DNA of 64,000 nt from Demequinaceae bacterium (GTDB taxonomy: Bacteria; Actinomycetota; Actinomycetes; Actinomycetales; Demequinaceae): positions 31,776 to 95,775 of the forward strand of contig JAFGBM010000014.1 in the NCBI GenBank assembly GCA_016933155.1. Reading direction: 5' to 3'. Positions 58,492 through 64,000 of this stretch are shown piece by piece. The stretch's first letter is position 1. Each line of letters begins with the position of its first letter. The position numbers and the translations under genes are program-made. The notes beneath the pieces are model-generated. The model searched no databases, had not been told where the DNA came from, and saw only the letters and a program-made list of their open reading frames with translations.

Positions 58492-60113
58492 AACGGGATG
58501 TTCCCGTGCTTCTTGGGCGGCAGGGCCGCGCGCTTGGTCCGGAGGGCCCGAAGGGCCCGTACTACCTGGGCGCGGGTCTCACTCGGTGCGATCACCGCGT
58601 CGACGTATCCGCGGTCGGCGGCGTCGTAGGGGTTGAGGAGCTCCTCCTCGTATTCGGCCACGAGTCTGGCGCGTTCGGCCTCGACGTCGCCCCCGTCCTC
58701 CTCGACCTTCTTGAGGGTCTTCCGCTGAAGGATGTTGACCGCCCCCGACGCCCCCATGACGGCAATCTGTGCCGTCGGCCAGGCGAGGTTGACGTCGGCC
58801 CCCAACTGCTTGGACGCCATGACGATGTAGGCCCCGCCATAGGCCTTGCGGGTGATGACGGTGACGAGCGGGACGGTCGCCTCCGCATACGCGTAGATGA
58901 GTTTGGCACCCCGACGGATGATGCCCTGCCACTCCTGGCCGGTTCCGGGCAGGAACCCCGGGACGTCGACGAAGGTCAGGACGGGAATGTTGAAGGCGTC
59001 GCAGGTCCGGACGAAGCGGGCGGCCTTCTCGGCGGCCGCAATGTCGAGCGTCCCGGCCATGGAAAGCGGCTGGTTGGCGACGATGCCGACGGAGTGCCCC
59101 TCGACGTGCCCGAAGCCGACGAGGACGTTCGGGGCATACAGGGGCTGGACCTCGAAGAATTCGCCCTCGTCGAGGACGGCCCCGACGACGGTCTTCATGT
59201 CGTACGGCTGGTTGTCGCTGTCGGGGACGAGGGAGTCGAGCGCGAGGTCCGTGTCCGAGGCTTCGAGATCGGCTTCCATGTCCCAGGATGGGGGATCGGT
59301 CAGGTTGTTCTCCGGAAGGTACTGAAGCAGGTGTTTGGCGTAGTCGATCGCATCGTCCTCGTCGGACGCCAGGTAGTGGGCGACCCCGGACTTGACGTTG
59401 TGTGTCTGCCCGCCGCCGAGCTCCTCGAATGTGACCTCCTCGTTGGTGACCGCCTTGATGACGTCCGGTCCCGTGATGAACATCTGGGAGGTTTCGGCGG
59501 CCATGATGACGAAATCGGTCAGGGCGGGGGAGTAGACGGCACCCCCGGCACTGGGGCCGAGGATGATGGAGATCTGGGGGATGACGCCAGAGGCGGCCAC
59601 GTTGCGGCGGAAGATCTCGGCGAACTGGGTGAGGGCGGCAACCCCCTCCTGGATGCGCGCGCCCCCTCCGTCGAGGAGGCCGATGATCGGCACCCCGGTC
59701 CGGAGGGCGAAGTCCTGGACCTTGGCGATCTTCTGGCCGTGAACCTCCCCGAGGGAGCCCCCGAAGACGGTGAAGTCCTGGGAGTACACCGCGACCTGGC
59801 GGCCGTCGATGGTGCCGTACCCGGTGACGACCCCGTCGCCGTACGGGCGTTTCTTCTCGAGGCCGAAATTGCGCGAGCGGTGCCGGGCCAGGGCGTCGAT
59901 CTCCGTGAACGAGCCGGGATCGAGGAGGAGGTCGATGCGCTCACGGGCGGTCTTCTTGCCCCGGCCATGCTGCTTCTTCTGCTTGTCCGGTTCCGGGTCG
60001 GTGACGGCCTCGGAGAGGCGCGACGTGAGCGCGTCAATCGCACCCTTGGTCGTCTTGACGGGTGGCTTGGGGTCCTTCGCCGCCGCCGATGTATCGGGCT
60101 TTTTCTGTGTCAC
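58488..60113 (-). CDS. accD5: Acyl-CoA (propionyl/acetyl-CoA) carboxylase beta subunit, carboxyltransferase
   Basis: [67 protein letters not shown]. Start preferred at GTG 60113 (GGAGG 9 nt upstream). ATG 60140 is the maximal ORF. Confidence 0.92.
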   Translation of the reverse strand: MTQKKPDTSAAAKDPKPPVKTTKGAIDALTSRLSEAVTDPEPDKQKKQHGRGKKTARERIDLLLDPGSFTEIDALARHRSRNFGLEKKRPYGDGVVTGYGTIDGRQVAVYSQDFTVFGGSLGEVHGQKIAKVQDFALRTGVPIIGLLDGGGARIQEGVAALTQFAEIFRRNVAASGVIPQISIILGPSAGGAVYSPALTDFVIMAAETSQMFITGPDVIKAVTNEEVTFEELGGGQTHNVKSGVAHYLASDEDDAIDYAKHLLQYLPENNLTDPPSWDMEADLEASDTDLALDSLVPDSDNQPYDMKTVVGAVLDEGEFFEVQPLYAPNVLVGFGHVEGHSVGIVANQPLSMAGTLDIAAAEKAARFVRTCDAFNIPVLTFVDVPGFLPGTGQEWQGIIRRGAKLIYAYAEATVPLVTVITRKAYGGAYIVMASKQLGADVNLAWPTAQIAVMGASGAVNILQRKTLKKVEEDGGDVEAERARLVAEYEEELLNPYDAADRGYVDAVIAPSETRAQVVRALRALRTKRAALPPKKHGNIPL

Positions 60114-60139
60114 AGTAGGCAACCTCCTCGTGCTGCACA

Positions 60140-60145
60140 TAGCCT
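60140..60145 (+). promoter_or_regulatory. Putative -10 box (TAGCCT) for leaderless birA mRNA
   Basis: TAGCCT, 6 nt (AGTCGT), GTG 60152. The complementary strand reads TAGGCT (60146..60141) at a suitable distance for an accD5 leader. Confidence 0.45.
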
Positions 60146-60151
60146 AGTCGT

Positions 60152-61009
60152 GTGGGTGCCACCGACGAGTCGTTCATTGGGGAATCTCGGCGTCCGCTCG
60201 ACATCGCCCACCTCACCCGCACCCTCACCGCGCCCGTCGGCCCGCTCCCCAAGGTGACGGTCGTGAAGGCGAGCCCGTCGACGAACGCCGATCTCGTGGA
60301 GGGCTTGAAAGAGGGCGCCCAGTGGCCGCACTTGTCCGCCCTCGTCGCAGAATGGCAGACGGCGGGGCACGGACGGAGTGGGCGGTCGTGGGAGACGCCG
60401 AAGGGAACGGCTCTGACGGTCAGTTTCGTCGTCCGCCCTCGGGGTATCCCCAACGACAGGCTCGGCTGGGTGCCGCTCATCGCGGGGCTCGCCGTCGTCC
60501 GAACCCTCAAGCACGATGGGTTGGAGGCCAGCCTGAAGTGGCCGAATGACGTGCTCGTCATGGACCCGCTCAAACGTCGGCTCTCCGGATGGGGGCCAGC
60601 CCGGAAGGTCGCCGGGATCCTGTGCGAGGCCGTCGGGGAGGCGATCGTCGTGGGCATCGGGCTCAACGTGTCGCAGGAGGAGCAGGAGTTGCCGGTTCCC
60701 CATGCCATCTCGTTGGCCCTTGCCCAATCGACGAATCTCGACCGGGCCAGCCTCCTGGCGGGCATCGCCACGGAATTGGGGTCCCTCCTCTCGCTGTGGG
60801 AGTCCGAAGGCGGGGAGGGGTCGGTGCCTGCCGAGGTCGTCTCGGCGTGTGACACGATCGGCAGGGCCGTGGAGGTCGATCGGCCAGGAGGATCCCACCT
60901 GTCCGGGGTGGCGAAGGGGCTGTCCCCCGAGGGCGGGCTGATCGTCGAGATGGGCGCCGGTTGGGTGGAGACGGTGCTGGCCGGCGACGTCCAGCTTCGA
61001 GTCGAATAG
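60152..61009 (+). CDS. birA: Biotin--[acetyl-CoA-carboxylase] ligase (group I, no obvious N-terminal HTH)
   Basis: Biotin-binding loop GHGRSGRSWETPKGTALTVS, KWPNDV, GIGLNV. Confidence 0.88.
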   Translation: MGATDESFIGESRRPLDIAHLTRTLTAPVGPLPKVTVVKASPSTNADLVEGLKEGAQWPHLSALVAEWQTAGHGRSGRSWETPKGTALTVSFVVRPRGIPNDRLGWVPLIAGLAVVRTLKHDGLEASLKWPNDVLVMDPLKRRLSGWGPARKVAGILCEAVGEAIVVGIGLNVSQEEQELPVPHAISLALAQSTNLDRASLLAGIATELGSLLSLWESEGGEGSVPAEVVSACDTIGRAVEVDRPGGSHLSGVAKGLSPEGGLIVEMGAGWVETVLAGDVQLRVE

Positions 61010-61018
61010 GAGACCGGG

Positions 61019-61591
61019 TTGCGCATCGTCGACAGCACCAGGACCCTGGCCGCCAAGGTGGTCAACGTCCGCACTCAGCGGGTCTGGATGGCGGTCGTCC
61101 TCTCGATGGCGCTCTTCACGGCGCTGTTCTGGCTCATGGTCGCGGCGCGCCTGGGCACGCTCGAGCCCAGGGTCGAGGGATCGGGCGAAGGGTACGCGAC
61201 CGCCGTCGCCATCCTGTATTTCCTGATCTCGCTCGTCGGGGCGCCCGTGGCTGCTCACACCGTCGGCTACCTTCTGGAGCACCGGACGGAGGCCTGGAGC
61301 CGTGATGACGCCGTCGTCGCGTTCGCCGGGCTCGGCCTCGTCCTCGCGGCTCCGCCGGTTCTCATCCTGGCGGCGTCCGAGCCGGCAGGGGCCGCCCTCG
61401 GGCCGGCCATCTGGCTCTTCGGCCTTCCGGTGCTCCTGGCGACGACCTTCACCCGCTTCTTCATCGACAGTGTGATCCGATCCCAGCGTCTGACCCGCAT
61501 CGTGGCCGCCGTGGCCTTCCTCCCGCCGGTCATCGTCGTGTTCTTTCTCCTGGGCCTGTATGTGGCCAGGGGCTCGGGGCAGGGGCTTTAG
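61019..61591 (+). CDS. Integral membrane protein
   Basis: About 5 TM helices. TTG start with AGGAGA 4-5 nt upstream. No family recognised. Confidence 0.5.
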   Translation: MRIVDSTRTLAAKVVNVRTQRVWMAVVLSMALFTALFWLMVAARLGTLEPRVEGSGEGYATAVAILYFLISLVGAPVAAHTVGYLLEHRTEAWSRDDAVVAFAGLGLVLAAPPVLILAASEPAGAALGPAIWLFGLPVLLATTFTRFFIDSVIRSQRLTRIVAAVAFLPPVIVVFFLLGLYVARGSGQGL

Positions 61592-62274
61592 CCGGGCTCC
61601 CCGCGGTTGGGGAGGGGTTCGATCAGCCCCGAGTGATTGTTGTGCACGTTTCCGACATCGCGCCCGACGGGCCGGGCCTCGACCGGAGGCATCTTCGAGG
61701 CGATCACGGCGCGTAGTTCGTCAGGTGTCGTCCTCGGGTCCATCCAGGCGTCCCTCGCCTCGGGGGTGAGCATGACGGGTTGTCGGTCGTGGATCCGGGC
61801 GAGATCGCCCTGGGTGGCGGTCGTCAGGATGGTGAACGTGAGGAGACGATCCTGGCCCCAGATCTCCCACAGGCCCGCAAAGGCTGCCGGGGAATCATCG
61901 GCGGGGTGGATGAAGTGGGGCATTTTCCCCTCGGGGGTGGCCTGCCATTCGTAGTAGCCGTTGGCGGGGACCAGGCAGCGGCGCTTGACGAACGCCGACC
62001 GAAAAGCGGGCTTGACGTCCACCGTCTCCGAGCGGGCGTTGAACATCTTCGCGCCGATGGAGGGTTCCTTCGCCCATGAGGGAAGGAGGCCCCATCGGGC
62101 GGTGACCAGGCATCTGGCGTCCGTCTCCGGGGAGACGATGGCAACCGGGGCGTGGTGCATCGGTGCGACGTTCCAGGACGGCGGGAGGAGCCGGGCAGCC
62201 TCCGTCACCTCGGCGATGGCGAAGGCCTCGATGGTCTCCCGTTCACGAAGGAAGTTGACGTAGCGCCCGCACAT
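61588..62274 (-). CDS. SOS response-associated peptidase (SRAP/YedK-like abasic-site processing protein)
   Basis: N-terminal MCGRY (catalytic Cys2), WNVAP, NARSET, YYEW motifs. Confidence 0.88.
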   Translation of the reverse strand: MCGRYVNFLRERETIEAFAIAEVTEAARLLPPSWNVAPMHHAPVAIVSPETDARCLVTARWGLLPSWAKEPSIGAKMFNARSETVDVKPAFRSAFVKRRCLVPANGYYEWQATPEGKMPHFIHPADDSPAAFAGLWEIWGQDRLLTFTILTTATQGDLARIHDRQPVMLTPEARDAWMDPRTTPDELRAVIASKMPPVEARPVGRDVGNVHNNHSGLIEPLPNRGEPG

Positions 62275-62275
62275 G

Positions 62276-62291
62276 CCCCCAGCGTGCCACG
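62276..62291 (-). promoter_or_regulatory. 16-mer CGTGGCACGCTGGGGG immediately upstream of SRAP start (copy 2 of 2)
   Basis: Identical to 12856-12871. Hexamer CACGCT, 6 nt (GGGGGC), ATG 62274. Confidence 0.4.
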
Positions 62292-62328
62292 ACCGTCGGG
62301 CCGAGGTCGAGGCTTCCGAGCCGACGGT

Positions 62329-64000
62329 CTAGATGGCGCGCTCGCGGACGATGCGGGCGACGTCGATCCTCCGGACCGCGCGCGCCGCAGGCCACTGGGA
62401 CAGTGCCGCCGCGACGAGGACACCGAGGGCTGCGGCGGGCAGCGGCCACCATCCGAGGACGAGGTCGAGGCGGAAAAGGTCGCTCGAGAAGCTGGAATTG
62501 AGGGCCGCCGCCGTTATCACGCCCAGGACGAGGCCGAAGGGCAGGCCGAGGGCGGTCGCGGCGAGGTTCTCGGTGGCGATGGTCCAGGCGACTCGACGCG
62601 TCGGAACGCCGGCCGCGCGAAGGGTCGCGAGTTCGTTGGTGCGTTCCACGACGCTCACCGCCATCGTCACGTAGACGAGGGCGAAGGCGAGGATGACGCC
62701 GAGGACGATGAAGACGCCGACGAAGGCCCAGAAGAGTCCGAGGTAGGCCGTCGCCGATGCGACCAAGGCCTGGGAATCGGCGTAGGAGACAATCCCGGGC
62801 ATCTGGGTGATGGTTTGCCGGAGGGCATCGCGGTCGACACCGTCGGCAAAGGAGACGAGGTAGGTGTCGACCCCCGTGTCGGGCAGCACCGGGGCGATGA
62901 GGGACCGCGAGCCGTAGACCAGGGTCCCGAAAGGCTCGTCGACGAATCCTGCGAGTGTCACCGAGATCTCCCCCGATGCCGTCGCGAGCACGATCGTGTC
63001 CCCCGTCTCGACGTCGAGGAGGGAGGCCGTCTCGACGCCCGCCAGGACTCCGTCTGCGGGCAGGTCGATGGGTCGCCCTCCGGATGTCCGGAAGCCGTGC
63101 ATGGCGGTTCCGAGATCGAAGCCCGTGACGCTCGTGACGTAACTCCGGCCGTTCGCTATCGCGGTCACCGGACCCGCGACGATTGGCTCCACGGCCGTCA
63201 CGTCGGCGAGGTCGTCGAGGGATTGGGGGAAGCCCGACTGGGTCGCGTCGACCATGACGGTGGCGTCTTCGCGCTGGACCTCGGCGAACTGGACGTCGAG
63301 CATCTTCGTCATGCTCGTCATGAGGCCGACGGAGGCCAGCACGATGATGAGCGAAAGCGTCGTGCCGATCATGGTCGCGATGGTGCGGCGGCGGCTCCGG
63401 CCGATGTCGCGGAGGGCCATCCGGGTGGTGACGGGCAGGCGGCCGAGGCGGGCGACGAGGCGGCCCCAGGGCCCGGGGCCGTGGAGGGGGGAGGAGCTCC
63501 GCATGGCCTCGGCGGGCGCCGTGCGAGAGGCCTTCAACGCTGGGGCGAGGGCTCCGAGGGCGCCGACCACGAATCCGAAGGACATCCCGGTGATGAGGAT
63601 GGACGGGTGATTGCTGACGAGGGTGTCGGGGATCCCGATCGCGGACGTGTAGGCGCGGGTGATGGCCCCGTTGAGGAATCCGCCGGCGACGGTTCCGACG
63701 ACCGAGCCGATGAGTCCGATGGCGATTCCTTGGGCGAGGTAATGGCGGAGGATACGTCCCCGGCGGGCGCCGGAGGCCATGAGGGTTCCGATGACGGGGC
63801 GTTCCTGCAGGATCCGCCGCGAGAGCATGACGTAGGCTGCCACCGATGCCGCCGACAGGAACAGGAGGGGGAGGGTGACGGAGATCTCGTCGAATCCCTT
63901 GAGGTCTTCGTGAAGGGCGGCGTTGGACGGCTGGTCCTCCTGGGTCGTGACGTCGACGGCCCCGGCTGCGCGCATGGCCCGGGTGACCTGGTCCTCAAGG
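62329..64000 (-). CDS. FtsX/MacB-like ABC transporter permease (5' end beyond window)
   Basis: Two FtsX-type 4-TM modules separated by an extracytoplasmic domain. The reading frame stays open from 63975 to nt 63999, so the listed Met is probably internal. Confidence 0.8.
   Translation of the reverse strand, partial: LEDQVTRAMRAAGAVDVTTQEDQPSNAALHEDLKGFDEISVTLPLLFLSAASVAAYVMLSRRILQERPVIGTLMASGARRGRILRHYLAQGIAIGLIGSVVGTVAGGFLNGAITRAYTSAIGIPDTLVSNHPSILITGMSFGFVVGALGALAPALKASRTAPAEAMRSSSPLHGPGPWGRLVARLGRLPVTTRMALRDIGRSRRRTIATMIGTTLSLIIVLASVGLMTSMTKMLDVQFAEVQREDATVMVDATQSGFPQSLDDLADVTAVEPIVAGPVTAIANGRSYVTSVTGFDLGTAMHGFRTSGGRPIDLPADGVLAGVETASLLDVETGDTIVLATASGEISVTLAGFVDEPFGTLVYGSRSLIAPVLPDTGVDTYLVSFADGVDRDALRQTITQMPGIVSYADSQALVASATAYLGLFWAFVGVFIVLGVILAFALVYVTMAVSVVERTNELATLRAAGVPTRRVAWTIATENLAATALGLPFGLVLGVITAAALNSSFSSDLFRLDLVLGWWPLPAAALGVLVAAALSQWPAARAVRRIDVARIVRERAI

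Overview
High-GC (roughly two-thirds G+C by eye) actinobacterial chromosomal segment, densely packed with about 60 protein genes. I saw no tRNA, rRNA, CRISPR array, transposase or integrase. Most of it is housekeeping and resembles blocks I recall from Mycobacterium tuberculosis: phoH2-fumC-xseBA-ispH-ychF, fdxA-dapC, dapD-dapE-LOG-DUF3117-OMT-sigE-rseA, punA-pmm/add, and birA-accD5-accE...maf-accA3. Less ordinary parts: (1) about 11.4 kb between accE and maf carrying two paralogous heterodimer-type ABC exporter pairs that flank menG, plus a SanA-SanA-DUF3995 operon. This is my best candidate for an uncharacterised envelope/export system. (2) An FTR1 iron permease translationally coupled to a large polytopic membrane protein with a C-terminal endonuclease/exonuclease/phosphatase (EEP) domain, heading a nucleoside-catabolism operon and preceded by a DtxR/IdeR-like box. 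(3) xseA and xseB separated by an opposite-strand gene for an LRV/HEAT-like repeat protein, with a paralog on the other side of xseB. (4) A papain/C39-like peptidase gene translationally coupled between manC and add-deoC. (5) A recurrent leaderless-mRNA architecture (TANNNT, 6 nt, start codon) at about 15 genes, including an identical 16-mer in front of two DNA-repair genes. (6) An in-frame (GAGCCN)n repeat in a VanW-domain protein. All calls come from reading the ORF translations and the DNA by eye. Start codons were adjusted by SD, leaderless-promoter or overlap logic and may be off. Family names are motif-based recollections, not search results.
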